From: a candidate division WOR-3 bacterium
Lineage (GTDB): Bacteria > Hydrothermota > Hydrothermia > JBDRYB01
Assembly: GCA_039803205.1 (NCBI GenBank)
Contig: JBDRYB010000015.1
Span: forward strand, 1 to 47,845
DNA: 47,845 nucleotides
Direction of reading: 5' to 3'
Shown: positions 28,361-38,141 of the stretch, piece after piece
How the letters are laid out: the number at the start of each line of letters is the position of its first letter
Numbering within the stretch: position 1 is the stretch's first letter
Translations under genes and position numbers: made by a program
Notes under the pieces: model-generated
Seen by the model: the letters and a program-made list of their open reading frames with translations, nothing else
Databases searched by the model: none
What the model was told of the DNA's origin: nothing

Positions 28361-29503
28361 ATGAAGATATACTACGATGAAAAGACCGCGCCTGCCAAAA
28401 TACTGGTCATTGGCGTGGGTGGGGCAGGCTGTAACGCGGTGAATCACATGGTGAAAAAAGGGCTTGTGGGAGCGGCTATAGCTGCTGCCAACACGGACAG
28501 ACAGGCCCTTGAGACCTGCCTCGCAGACATCAAGATACCCCTTGGGGAGACAGTGAGCAGGGGCTTGGGCGCAGGCGCTGATCCTGAGGTGGGCAAGATG
28601 GCGGCTGAGGAGTCCGCGGATAAGATAAAGGAGGTCTTGGATGGCTATGACATGGTTTTCATAGCCGCTGGCATGGGAGGAGGAACGGGCACTGGAGCGA
28701 GCCCCGTCATAGCGAGAATAGCCAGGGAAAACGATATTCTTGTTGTTGCAATAGTGACCAAGCCCTTCAAATTTGAGGGCAAGGCAAAACACGAGAAGGC
28801 AGAGGCCGGCATACGCGAGCTCCGCGAGCACGCCAATGTCCTTTTGGCAATAAGCAACACGAGGCTCGCTGAGCTGACCAGGGAGCTCCCGATGATCCAG
28901 GCGTTCGCGCAGGCAGACGACATCCTGTATCACGCGGCAAGGTCCGTGGTTGACATCATACACAACCCAGGCTACATAAATGTTGACTTCGCTGATGTCA
29001 GAACGGTTATGAAGAACGGGGGGCTTTCCCTCATTGGGATAGGTGAGGCCAAGGGTGAACACAGGGCAGTTAGCGCGGTGAAATCCGCTCTGAACGCGCC
29101 CCTCTTGGATGGGATTGACAGCATCTCAGGTGCAGACAAGATCCTGGTCAACATCCAGTTCCCGGATAGCCCGGAGCACACCATAAGGATGGAAGAGGTG
29201 GAAGCAATCCTCACCACCATAAGTCAGGAGGCAATGGCCCAGTCTGGTTCGCCTGAGATGATCCTTGGCACTGTTGTGGACAGGGAGCTCACCGATTCGA
29301 TCCGCGTCACCCTCATAGCAACTGGGATAAAGGAGCGTCGGGGCTTCGTTTCAGGATACCGAGCCCGGCCCACAAGGACCACCAGGACAGATAGGGAGCG
29401 CGCCCCCACAGATGGAGGCCTTTACTCCGGATTTGAGTTCAAGAGGGCAATCTTTGATCCGGAAGAGGAGGATGATTGGCAAGGGTTTGGCTCGAAGGCC
29501 TAG
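28361..29503 (+). CDS. ftsZ: Cell division protein FtsZ
   Basis: VIGVGGAGCNAVN, GLGAGADPEVG, GMGGGTGTG and INVDFADV. Confidence 0.97.
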   Translation: MKIYYDEKTAPAKILVIGVGGAGCNAVNHMVKKGLVGAAIAAANTDRQALETCLADIKIPLGETVSRGLGAGADPEVGKMAAEESADKIKEVLDGYDMVFIAAGMGGGTGTGASPVIARIARENDILVVAIVTKPFKFEGKAKHEKAEAGIRELREHANVLLAISNTRLAELTRELPMIQAFAQADDILYHAARSVVDIIHNPGYINVDFADVRTVMKNGGLSLIGIGEAKGEHRAVSAVKSALNAPLLDGIDSISGADKILVNIQFPDSPEHTIRMEEVEAILTTISQEAMAQSGSPEMILGTVVDRELTDSIRVTLIATGIKERRGFVSGYRARPTRTTRTDRERAPTDGGLYSGFEFKRAIFDPEEEDDWQGFGSKA

Positions 29504-31023
29504 GTGGTGGGCAACCTGAGATAGCCCTCGTTTATCCCGGGCCAAAAAGGATAGGCGTTGACAACCTCGGGCTTCATGCTGTGTTCCGGGGCCTAAACAG
29601 GCTCTCCTTCACGGATATATTCTTCACTGATACCCCGCGCGGCATCCGTTCCGGCAAGCCCCTCTATGAATTTCCCTTTATTTTCTTCACATTTCCTTAT
29701 GAGCCCGAATACCTTTCAGCCCTCAGGTTTCTCAAATATGAGGGAATAGAGCTGGACAGGAGACGCCGGGCTCTTCATGCCCTCATCGCGGGAGGAATAG
29801 CGCCATCAGCAAACCCTTTTCCCCTCTGGCACACATTTGACGCTGTTCTTCTCGGGGAATCGGAAGCCATAATCCCATTTTTAGAAATTGAAATATACAG
29901 ATCAAAAGAGGGATTCCTCTCCGCAATATCAGATAAACCTTGGGCTTGGATCCCTGGGCAGAAAGAGGAAGGGGAAAGGGCACGGCTTTCGGATATAACG
30001 CGGACAGACGCTTATTCTGCTTTCATAGAGCGCGACTCGTTTTTCAGGGGGGAATTCCTGATCGAGGTTTCCCGTGGATGTCCGAACCGGTGCAGGTTTT
30101 GCCTTCTGGGGTTTTCAAACCTACCCCCGAGGTTCCTCCCAGGTGATATAGTCCTTGACATCCTCGGCCAATTGCCCGTTGGCCTCACCAAACAGGTTGG
30201 CCTCGTTGGGTCCGCGGTTGCGGAGCATCCAGGGGTCCGAGAGATATTTGAGAAGGCCCCTCCACACCTCCTACTGAACCCCAGCTCCGTCAATATCTCG
30301 TCTCTGGATCCGGAGCTTCTCAGGCTCATGGCTCGCCGCGGAGCGAAAACCCTGACCCTGGCCCCTGAGGTCGCCTCAGATAGCCTCAGATGCTCAATAA
30401 ACAAACCTTTTGAGAACGAGAGGGTCATTGATGTCGTGAACTGGGCAAGGGACGCTGGGTTCTGCTCTCTAAAGCTTTACTACATGATAGGGCTCCCCAG
30501 AGAAACCGATGATGATGTCCAGGCTATATCCAGTCAAGTAAAGGAAATAAAGCGGATCTTCAAAAAACGCGTTCGCGTCACCGTATCACCATTTATTCCG
30601 AAAGCACAGACGCCACTCTACAGGGCTCCATTCATGTCTGAGGCTGATTACAAGAGAAAGGTCTCTGCCCTCAGATCTCCCAAGGATGTCCTTTTCAAGC
30701 TCCACGGCTACAGAAAATCCCGAGAGGAAGCCATACTCTCCAGAGGGGACGAGATGGTTTCCCTCGCGCTGCTTCTGGCCGCTGAGGAGGGGCTTGGGTT
30801 CTCCTCCGCTCTCAGGAAAGTCGGTGCGATTCCATCGCTTTACCTCGATGATCCGGCTTACCCTCTGTCAGCCCCTTTTCTGCGCATAGACACCGGGGTA
30901 TCACGGGATTACCTGGATGAGGAGTGGGAGAGGTGCAGGGGGGGCGAGCCATCCCCTCCGTGTCATCCCGGCTGTGGAGAATGCGGGGCATGTGGAGAGG
31001 GCGCCCACGATCCGCCCCGGTGA
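29476..31023 (+). CDS. Radical SAM protein with B12-binding-like N-terminus and a Cys-rich C-terminal tail (TIGR03960-like)
   Basis: IEVSRGCPNRCRFC, LTLAPE, KLYYMIGLP.ETDDD and FIPKAQTP; C-terminal CHPGCGECGAC. Confidence 0.85.
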   Translation: MARVWLEGLGGGQPEIALVYPGPKRIGVDNLGLHAVFRGLNRLSFTDIFFTDTPRGIRSGKPLYEFPFIFFTFPYEPEYLSALRFLKYEGIELDRRRRALHALIAGGIAPSANPFPLWHTFDAVLLGESEAIIPFLEIEIYRSKEGFLSAISDKPWAWIPGQKEEGERARLSDITRTDAYSAFIERDSFFRGEFLIEVSRGCPNRCRFCLLGFSNLPPRFLPGDIVLDILGQLPVGLTKQVGLVGSAVAEHPGVREIFEKAPPHLLLNPSSVNISSLDPELLRLMARRGAKTLTLAPEVASDSLRCSINKPFENERVIDVVNWARDAGFCSLKLYYMIGLPRETDDDVQAISSQVKEIKRIFKKRVRVTVSPFIPKAQTPLYRAPFMSEADYKRKVSALRSPKDVLFKLHGYRKSREEAILSRGDEMVSLALLLAAEEGLGFSSALRKVGAIPSLYLDDPAYPLSAPFLRIDTGVSRDYLDEEWERCRGGEPSPPCHPGCGECGACGEGAHDPPR

Positions 31024-31089
31024 TCCTCTTGAACTTCCAGGGACATTTCTGCTTCAGGAACAAAATCATCATCTTCTTTGTCTAATGCT

Positions 31090-31125
31090 TTGAGCTAGAA
31101 GGTTCTTTTATAGGATAATTTAAGC
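31090..31125 (+). promoter_or_regulatory. Putative leaderless promoter of the sprA-like gene
   Basis: TTGAGC (31090-31095), N18, GATAAT (31114-31119), N6, ATG (31126). Confidence 0.55.
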
Positions 31126-34100
31126 ATGCCCGGCTGGGAATCCCTTTTGGGACTCCTCCTCCTGGCGCAGGAGGCTCCGGTTGACACGGCTACTGGCCCG
31201 GACACCCTCGTGGCCCCCTATTTCCACACCGACTTCTCATATTATTTCCTGAGGAGCACCCAGGGCATCAAGGACACCGCGGCGATACACAGGGATTATG
31301 TCTTTCTCTCAAGGGTCTACAAGCAGGTTCCTCTGGACACTTTCGGGATAATGCCCCTCTCGCGCTACCTTTCTGAGCGCGTGAGCTATAGGAGGAGACA
31401 GTGGCTCGTTGATGCCCTTATCGCGGAGAACAAGGAAGAAAGCCAGCAAAGTCAGGGTCTCATCCCTGATGTTGAGATACCCGTTCAGATGCCGGGCCGC
31501 CTCGCCTTTCTCGGGGAGGGAGGAAAGCTTGAGATAGACGGCCAAAACAGCCTTACGGTTGGCGGAAGGGGTGATTATCCCATACTCCCTGAGACAACCC
31601 GGGCATCCCGGGACTACGGCATGGGAACCCCGTTTTCACTCGAGATGGACCAAACCATGCAGATACGGCTTACGGGCACGGTTGGGACAAAGATAAAGGT
31701 GCTAATTGACCACGATTCCGAACGCATGAACCAGGCCAAAAACCAGGTCGTGATAAAATACGAGGGCGAGGAGGATGAGTTCGTTCAACTGCTTGAGGCA
31801 GGGGATACGAAGGCCGAGTTCCCCTCAACCCAATATGCCTCATTCCCCGGCGGCTCAAGGACAGGCCTCTTCGGAGTCAAGGGGGTCTTCAAGATGGGCG
31901 GCCTCACTACCACACTTCTGGCTGTTAGGGATAGGGGCACCAGGGAATCAAAGCAGTTCACGGGCGGTGCCGAGATGGTCACCGAAACCCTTACTGCGGA
32001 GCAGTATATCAGCAGGAAGGTCTTCAGCCTCGGAATAAACCCTTCAACAGATACCATACTCGGTTTGGCGGTCTACCTTGATGATAACATCCTCTCCAAC
32101 AACCTCCAGCTCCAGGCAAAGCCAGGAATAATTTACTACGAAGGGGATCAAACATCGCCGATGAAAGAGACCGGAATGTTCCATCTTCTTCGTCCAGAGA
32201 AAGGCGAATACACATACTTTCAGGACAGATCTGACCTCGGTTGGATCCAGCTAACAAACGCCCTGAGCAAGGGTCAGAGGCTCGGGGTCTACATGGTGAT
32301 AAAGCGCGGCCAAAACACCATTCAGATAGGGGATATATCCGGAGACACTCTCAGGCTAAAGATGATATGCCCTGGTGCGTTTCCGGATTCCATAGACTGG
32401 CATACCGCCTCGCCAGAGACCCTCAAGGTTTGGAACTATGAGTTCAAAAACATATACTACATAGGCTCAGATATGTCTCGTCAGCCCTTGAAGGTCACCA
32501 TATTCAGGGAGGAGGGCCGCAAAGAAAACAACCCCATAGGGGACTCCGGCAGGGGTCCTTATATTGCTGTTCTCGGCCTTGACAGGGATACGAATGGGTT
32601 CGTTGAGGAAATGACCATGATAAATGGCGTTCCAATAAGGCTGGTTGATTACAGGGAGGGACTGCTAATATTCCCGGACTCCATGCCGTTCACATCCGAT
32701 AGCCTCCTGGTTCCGGACACCACTGTCTATTACAAAAGGCAGTGGAATCCGAGCGACGAGAGAAAATACAAGATAGTGGTCCAATACACTAGGAAGGTTG
32801 ACCAGATATTCCTCGCGCCCGATATTCAAGAGGGTTCTGTTGTGGTAAAGGTTGGGGGCCAGGAGGTCCCTCAATCCGCATACAGGGTTGATTACAACAT
32901 GGGATTCCTCTACATCCTTGATGACTCCTACTTCTCGGATCCCAACGCGGTCATAGACATCTCCTATGATGTCATACCCACATTCTCCCTGACCCAGCGC
33001 TCCCTCCTTGGCCTCAGGACTGACTACGAATACTCGGACAACATAACCATAGGCTCAAGCCTCATAATGAGCACAGAAGCAACCGCGCAGATAAGGCCCC
33101 GCATAGACGAGGTCCCCAAACGCGCGGCTGTGGCTGAGGCAGACATCCAAGGGGAGTTCTATTACGATTGGCTCACCCACGGACTTGACCGCCTCCCTCT
33201 CATCTCAACGGACAAGGACTCAAAGCTCAGCTTGCAGGCAGAGGTAGCGAGGAGCTTTCCCAACCCGAACACATCCGGCGAGGCTTATCTTGACGACATG
33301 GAAAGCATAAGGGATTCAAGGACGCTTTCCACAACCAGATATGACTGGAAATATGGGTCTGTGCCCCCGGGCAAGGACACATCCGGTTATGTCAGCAGGG
33401 TTGTCTGGTATAACCCTCGCCACAAGTTCAAGAGGGGGGACATATATCCGAATCTCCCGGCTGACGAGGCGGATGACTACGAGGAGAATGTGCTTGGCAT
33501 AGTGCTGGAACCCAAGACATCAAACCCTTCACTCAACTGGGCATCTTTCAACCACCTGGTCGCGAAATCCGGCGATAACTATTCAACCATGGAATTCATT
33601 GAGCTCTATGTTAAGGGGGAGAACGCGGTCCTTCACATTGATCTGGGGTATGATATCCCTGAGGACGCGCCGAGGCGCGGCAAGGACGGAAAGATAAGGG
33701 GCCTTGATACCCTCAACAACGAGGATAGGAACGGAGATGGCATATTTGACGCTGGTTCTGAGGATACGGGCCTTGATGGCGAGTGGGGGAACGACAGCCA
33801 GTGGACCGGGGCCTCGGCTGATGATGGCAACGACGACTACGACCCCTATGATGAGTCACGGATGATCGGAACGGAAAGGAACTCAAAGTGGGACAGCGAG
33901 GACCTTGACCAGGATAACTTAATGAACACGAGCTCAAACTACTACTCCTGGACAATAGACCTTGACACAACAGAGTATTTGAGCATGTATAACGGTTGGA
34001 AATACTACAAGATACCCCTTCGGGATTCTTCTCGGTATGAGAGATACGGTTCGCCGAGCTTTGACCTCATCCGTTATGCCCGGCTCTGGATAGAAGGGTT

Positions 34101-36765
34101 TTCAGAAGCTGATACCATATGGATAGCGAAGATGGATGTAACCGGAAACCAGTGGTTCAGCCAGGGAACCACGGTTGACTCATCCGGGCTCCCCATAAAC
34201 TCACCAGAACGATTCAGGACATCATATGTCAACAACAAGGAGCACGCCGCATACTATACCCCGCCCCCCGGCGCTAGGATAATGGAGACCGCTCCCGGCA
34301 AGTTTGAGCAGGAGGGCTCGCTTGCCCTCACATACGAGAGCCTCCTCCCTGGACACGCTGGCCTCTCTAAGAAGGGAATAGCATACGGCAAGCACAATCT
34401 CCTGGATTACCAAGGGGTAGCGTTTTGGGTGAAACCGAACCCCACGACATCCGCTCCTTATCCGACCGTTATATTCCGCATGGGGACCGATTCTCTAAAT
34501 TTCTACGAATACAGATACAGGATAACCTCGCCTGATTGGCAAGAGGTAAGGTTCAGCCTTGACTCCCTGACCAGGTTCAAGAAGGCTATCCAGGACAGCC
34601 TCGGGGACACGGTCACGGGTTATTACAGGCAGGGAAATTTCGGTTTCCGGGGAAGGCCAAACATCGGCGAGATAAGCTTTTACTGGTTCGGGGTTTATAA
34701 TCAGGAAAATGCTAGGATCTCAGGGGAGATATGGGTGGACGAGCTCAGGGCGATAGATCCTCACACAGAAGGAGGGAACGCCTACAGAGCACAAGCAAGC
34801 CTCCAGATGGCTGATGTTGCCTCGGCTGACCTATCAGTGAGCAAGGAGGAGGCTGACTTCCAAGGGCTTTCGGACGCATCCAGGAGAACATCAACGAGCT
34901 CAAATGCTACCTATTCAGCAACATTCAACGCGGACAAGCTCTTCCCAAAGGCCTGGGGGATGAGCATGCCAATAAGGTTCCAAGGAACATCCGGTTATTC
35001 CCTTCCCAAGTATTCAACCGGTGGAGATGCGCTCCTGTCCCCTGAGGAATCATACGAGCAAAGGACCCTCTCCGGCTCAGAGGCCTACTCGGCCTCATGG
35101 TCAAAGAGGGGTTCAGCAAACAGATTCCTCAAGTGGTTCGTTGACCCCATAAAGATCCAAGCCAACAGTAACAAGAGCTATAGCACGAACATAGCCTCCA
35201 CGAGCACGACAAATAGTCAAAGCCTTTCTGGTTCTTACTCATATACCCCGTATATCAAGAACCCGCCCAAGATCCTCGGAAAACAGCTCCGCTATCTACC
35301 GAGCTCATACTCTTTCAACTATACGATAACCGACAACTGGCAATACCAGTATCAGAAGACCACCGGCAACATCATAGCCAACGACAAGAGGACCCAGGCC
35401 ACATACGGAGGTGATATATCCTGGACGCCCATAGACAACATATCAGGGCGATACTCCCTCACAAAAGAGGTTGATTACAGGGCGGACACCCTTTTTGGAG
35501 GGCCGAAGGGCTTTTCTTTCCCCTGGAGTAGGCCTCTCTATGGTTGGGAGGCTGGCCACGATGAAAACCTATCCGGAAGCTATAACATAACCTTTTTCCA
35601 GGGCTTCATAGCCCCACGGGTCTCATACTCTTCAAGGTATTCCGAGGATCATTCTGCCAACAAGCAGATCGAGGATACGCTCGGAAACCTCGTGGACATA
35701 AGGGATGTCAATGCTTCAACAACAACGGATCTCACCATTTCAAACAGATTGCTCTCGTCCTTCTTCGGTCTGGGGGCAAAGCTCGCGCCCAAGGACTCAG
35801 GGGGCCAGGCAAACCTCTTGGACAAGGTGAGCAGGGGCCTCGGAAATACAACTCTGGGATACACATTCACGAGGAACGCGCTCTTCGGAGGGCTTCTTGG
35901 GAGGCCGGGCTGGATGTTCAGATACGGGTTTACTGAGGATCCGGGGTGGCCGAGCTACATTCAGACCTCATCAAACATAACCGAGTCAAACTCCTTCAAC
36001 CTCTCCCAGGGTTTCAACTTCGCGAACCTATCGGTGAGGAGCTCGTGGGCGCTCGGTTTCACGAGAAATAAAGCCCCGACATCAGCTACATGGGCCAGAA
36101 ACCTCACAAACCCCCAGATCAATGCCACCCTTTCAAACCTGAACTTCATCCTACCGCCCGAATATCAGAAACAGGTGACCTCTGCTTCGCTTTCCTCGGG
36201 TTTCACCCAGAAGTTCGGCTGGACAGAGCTCCTACCCGATAAGATCCTAACCCAAAACACCATAGAGACCTCGTTCTCTCCCCTCGCACAGCTAAACATG
36301 AACCTCAGATCCGGCACGAGCATAACCGCTTCCTACAATACCAGAACCAGCATAACCGTAAACCACCTTCCATACCTCCAGAAGGACTCAACCCAGAGCA
36401 ATAGCCTTTCCCTGAACCTCTCCCATACATTCCAGAGCTTCGGCGGCCTTAAATTCCCTTGGGCAGAGGGGAGGATACTGAAGCTGGAATCCGAGCTCAG
36501 GCTCTCCTTCAAGTATAGCCTCTCGATAACCAGATCCTACTTGATACCCTGGGATGATACAACGGGCGGATGGCACGACCTCACCGATGAGGACAAGCCC
36601 TACTCGGGAACGAAAACCATGAGCTACGGAATTGATGGGACATACAAGTTTTCATCCTCGGTAACGGGAACCGTTTCTTTTACGAACGATGAAACCCTCA
36701 ACCTGGCTACAAACACGGGCTTCAAAACGATGAAATTGCTATTCACGGTGAATTTCGTATTCTAA
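31126..36765 (+). CDS. sprA: SprA/Sov-like type IX secretion system outer-membrane translocon
   Basis: 1879 aa. GTVGTKIKVLIDHDSE...YEGEEDEFVQLLEAGD, GLFGVKG, YRVDYNMG, AYLDDME, EDTGLDG, EDLDQD, IRYARLW and GEIWVDELR motifs as in SprA; beta-strand-rich C-terminus ending in Phe. Confidence 0.82.
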   Translation: MPGWESLLGLLLLAQEAPVDTATGPDTLVAPYFHTDFSYYFLRSTQGIKDTAAIHRDYVFLSRVYKQVPLDTFGIMPLSRYLSERVSYRRRQWLVDALIAENKEESQQSQGLIPDVEIPVQMPGRLAFLGEGGKLEIDGQNSLTVGGRGDYPILPETTRASRDYGMGTPFSLEMDQTMQIRLTGTVGTKIKVLIDHDSERMNQAKNQVVIKYEGEEDEFVQLLEAGDTKAEFPSTQYASFPGGSRTGLFGVKGVFKMGGLTTTLLAVRDRGTRESKQFTGGAEMVTETLTAEQYISRKVFSLGINPSTDTILGLAVYLDDNILSNNLQLQAKPGIIYYEGDQTSPMKETGMFHLLRPEKGEYTYFQDRSDLGWIQLTNALSKGQRLGVYMVIKRGQNTIQIGDISGDTLRLKMICPGAFPDSIDWHTASPETLKVWNYEFKNIYYIGSDMSRQPLKVTIFREEGRKENNPIGDSGRGPYIAVLGLDRDTNGFVEEMTMINGVPIRLVDYREGLLIFPDSMPFTSDSLLVPDTTVYYKRQWNPSDERKYKIVVQYTRKVDQIFLAPDIQEGSVVVKVGGQEVPQSAYRVDYNMGFLYILDDSYFSDPNAVIDISYDVIPTFSLTQRSLLGLRTDYEYSDNITIGSSLIMSTEATAQIRPRIDEVPKRAAVAEADIQGEFYYDWLTHGLDRLPLISTDKDSKLSLQAEVARSFPNPNTSGEAYLDDMESIRDSRTLSTTRYDWKYGSVPPGKDTSGYVSRVVWYNPRHKFKRGDIYPNLPADEADDYEENVLGIVLEPKTSNPSLNWASFNHLVAKSGDNYSTMEFIELYVKGENAVLHIDLGYDIPEDAPRRGKDGKIRGLDTLNNEDRNGDGIFDAGSEDTGLDGEWGNDSQWTGASADDGNDDYDPYDESRMIGTERNSKWDSEDLDQDNLMNTSSNYYSWTIDLDTTEYLSMYNGWKYYKIPLRDSSRYERYGSPSFDLIRYARLWIEGFSEADTIWIAKMDVTGNQWFSQGTTVDSSGLPINSPERFRTSYVNNKEHAAYYTPPPGARIMETAPGKFEQEGSLALTYESLLPGHAGLSKKGIAYGKHNLLDYQGVAFWVKPNPTTSAPYPTVIFRMGTDSLNFYEYRYRITSPDWQEVRFSLDSLTRFKKAIQDSLGDTVTGYYRQGNFGFRGRPNIGEISFYWFGVYNQENARISGEIWVDELRAIDPHTEGGNAYRAQASLQMADVASADLSVSKEEADFQGLSDASRRTSTSSNATYSATFNADKLFPKAWGMSMPIRFQGTSGYSLPKYSTGGDALLSPEESYEQRTLSGSEAYSASWSKRGSANRFLKWFVDPIKIQANSNKSYSTNIASTSTTNSQSLSGSYSYTPYIKNPPKILGKQLRYLPSSYSFNYTITDNWQYQYQKTTGNIIANDKRTQATYGGDISWTPIDNISGRYSLTKEVDYRADTLFGGPKGFSFPWSRPLYGWEAGHDENLSGSYNITFFQGFIAPRVSYSSRYSEDHSANKQIEDTLGNLVDIRDVNASTTTDLTISNRLLSSFFGLGAKLAPKDSGGQANLLDKVSRGLGNTTLGYTFTRNALFGGLLGRPGWMFRYGFTEDPGWPSYIQTSSNITESNSFNLSQGFNFANLSVRSSWALGFTRNKAPTSATWARNLTNPQINATLSNLNFILPPEYQKQVTSASLSSGFTQKFGWTELLPDKILTQNTIETSFSPLAQLNMNLRSGTSITASYNTRTSITVNHLPYLQKDSTQSNSLSLNLSHTFQSFGGLKFPWAEGRILKLESELRLSFKYSLSITRSYLIPWDDTTGGWHDLTDEDKPYSGTKTMSYGIDGTYKFSSSVTGTVSFTNDETLNLATNTGFKTMKLLFTVNFVF

Positions 36766-36803
36766 ACCCTGCTAAACCGGATAAACTCATAGATGAGACT
36801 GGG

Positions 36804-38141
36804 TTACCGGACCCGATCCCGGAGCAAGGCCCTTATATACAGAGGCAATCCCTCGCAGAACCCCTCTGTCCAGAGTATTGGCTTTCCGAGCTCATCCAGA
36901 AGCATTACCGAAGGAAGTTTTTCAGAACCCAGAGCGGCCCTCAAGGAATCAAGAGAAACGCAAATCCCCTCACTCGCTCCGACCCTGATCGGGTAAACAT
37001 TAAGCTCCAACCCCTCAATCTGCCTCTGGGTCCTGTAAGAACCCTCATCGTCCCCGAGGAAGGCGACGAGAGCAGGATACTGAAGGAGATCGTTCAGGGT
37101 TCGGCCATCGCATAGCCTCAGCCTTGGCAACGAATCAATGGGCCTTGCCATGATGTCTCCGGGTTTTACCTCCTCGGCCGGAATTCCTGTCTCAAGCACA
37201 AGGGAAAGCTCCTCGCCTGACCGTATCTTGAACTCCTTAACTTGAACGAAAGGTTCTCCCTTCGCGTTTCTCCTTCCCCAGGTAAGGATGTAGTCTCCGG
37301 GTGCGAGGTGAAAGACCCAGAAATCCCCATTCTTTGGCCATGAGCCATCCTCCATTGGCCACCATAGATCATCAAGGCCCTCCCATTCCCATGTCTCCCT
37401 TCTCTGGACCGAAAAACCCTCAAACGATGTGTCTGGTTCGCCAAAAAGGGTGAAACAGAGCCTCAGGGTACCCGTCCTCAGGTAGCGAGGGGTTGCCTGC
37501 GCCCAAGCGAACCCCTTCTGCACAAGGACGACGCTAAGGCCCTTTGGCTTCTCAAAGTAAATTGGATGCCAAGCCCCACGATCATAATACTCAACCCAGA
37601 CAGAAAGGGGAGAGGGGCATCTAGCGAGCCTCGCTGGAAAGCCCCTGGCTCTCAGGGCCGCGACGAGAAGAACTGCTCGCTCCATCCTTGAACCCCGGCC
37701 TCTACTCAGGGTTGTAAGGGGCGAAGGGAATGGCCCGAAGAAATACCTCGTGGTGTCCAGTTTCACGGCTTTCTCAATTCTCTTCTTTATGTCCCTCGGT
37801 CTCCCGCAATCCGAGAATGCATCCCTAAGCGGCCCTCTCCAGTCCTCGCAGGGCTCATCCCATATCCTGTATGAGAGGAGATAATCACGAAAGATCGTGT
37901 CCGGGAAGGGGCCCCGGCTCTCATTTGCGAGCCGGATGTGATTCAGAAGGCACTCAGCTGTTATCTGGAGCCTATCAAGGTGAGGCATGCTCACAATGAG
38001 CCAGGATGCCTGTTCCCGGAGTTCTCCGGCCTCAGCGAGCGCGCGCTCAAGCTCCTGTCTGTTCCTGCCAGCATCCGCGAGAGCAGAATCCAAGGAATCC
38101 GGAGAGACCTCAAACACGCTTGCCAAAAGGAACAGGATCAC
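36804..38141 (-). CDS. Transglutaminase-like domain protein, probably catalytically inactive
   Basis: AGRNRQELERAL, FRDYLLSYRIWDEPCEDWR and AALRARGFPAR; the catalytic Cys position reads GRGSRME. GTG start overlaps the upstream stop. Confidence 0.75.
   Translation of the reverse strand: MILFLLASVFEVSPDSLDSALADAGRNRQELERALAEAGELREQASWLIVSMPHLDRLQITAECLLNHIRLANESRGPFPDTIFRDYLLSYRIWDEPCEDWRGPLRDAFSDCGRPRDIKKRIEKAVKLDTTRYFFGPFPSPLTTLSRGRGSRMERAVLLVAALRARGFPARLARCPSPLSVWVEYYDRGAWHPIYFEKPKGLSVVLVQKGFAWAQATPRYLRTGTLRLCFTLFGEPDTSFEGFSVQRRETWEWEGLDDLWWPMEDGSWPKNGDFWVFHLAPGDYILTWGRRNAKGEPFVQVKEFKIRSGEELSLVLETGIPAEEVKPGDIMARPIDSLPRLRLCDGRTLNDLLQYPALVAFLGDDEGSYRTQRQIEGLELNVYPIRVGASEGICVSLDSLRAALGSEKLPSVMLLDELGKPILWTEGFCEGLPLYIRALLRDRVR

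Noticed and set aside
33700..33930. Asp/Gly-rich stretch in sprA considered as a DNA repeat or insertion
   Set aside because: No nucleotide-level repeat; consistent with the calcium-binding-like loops of SprA-family proteins.
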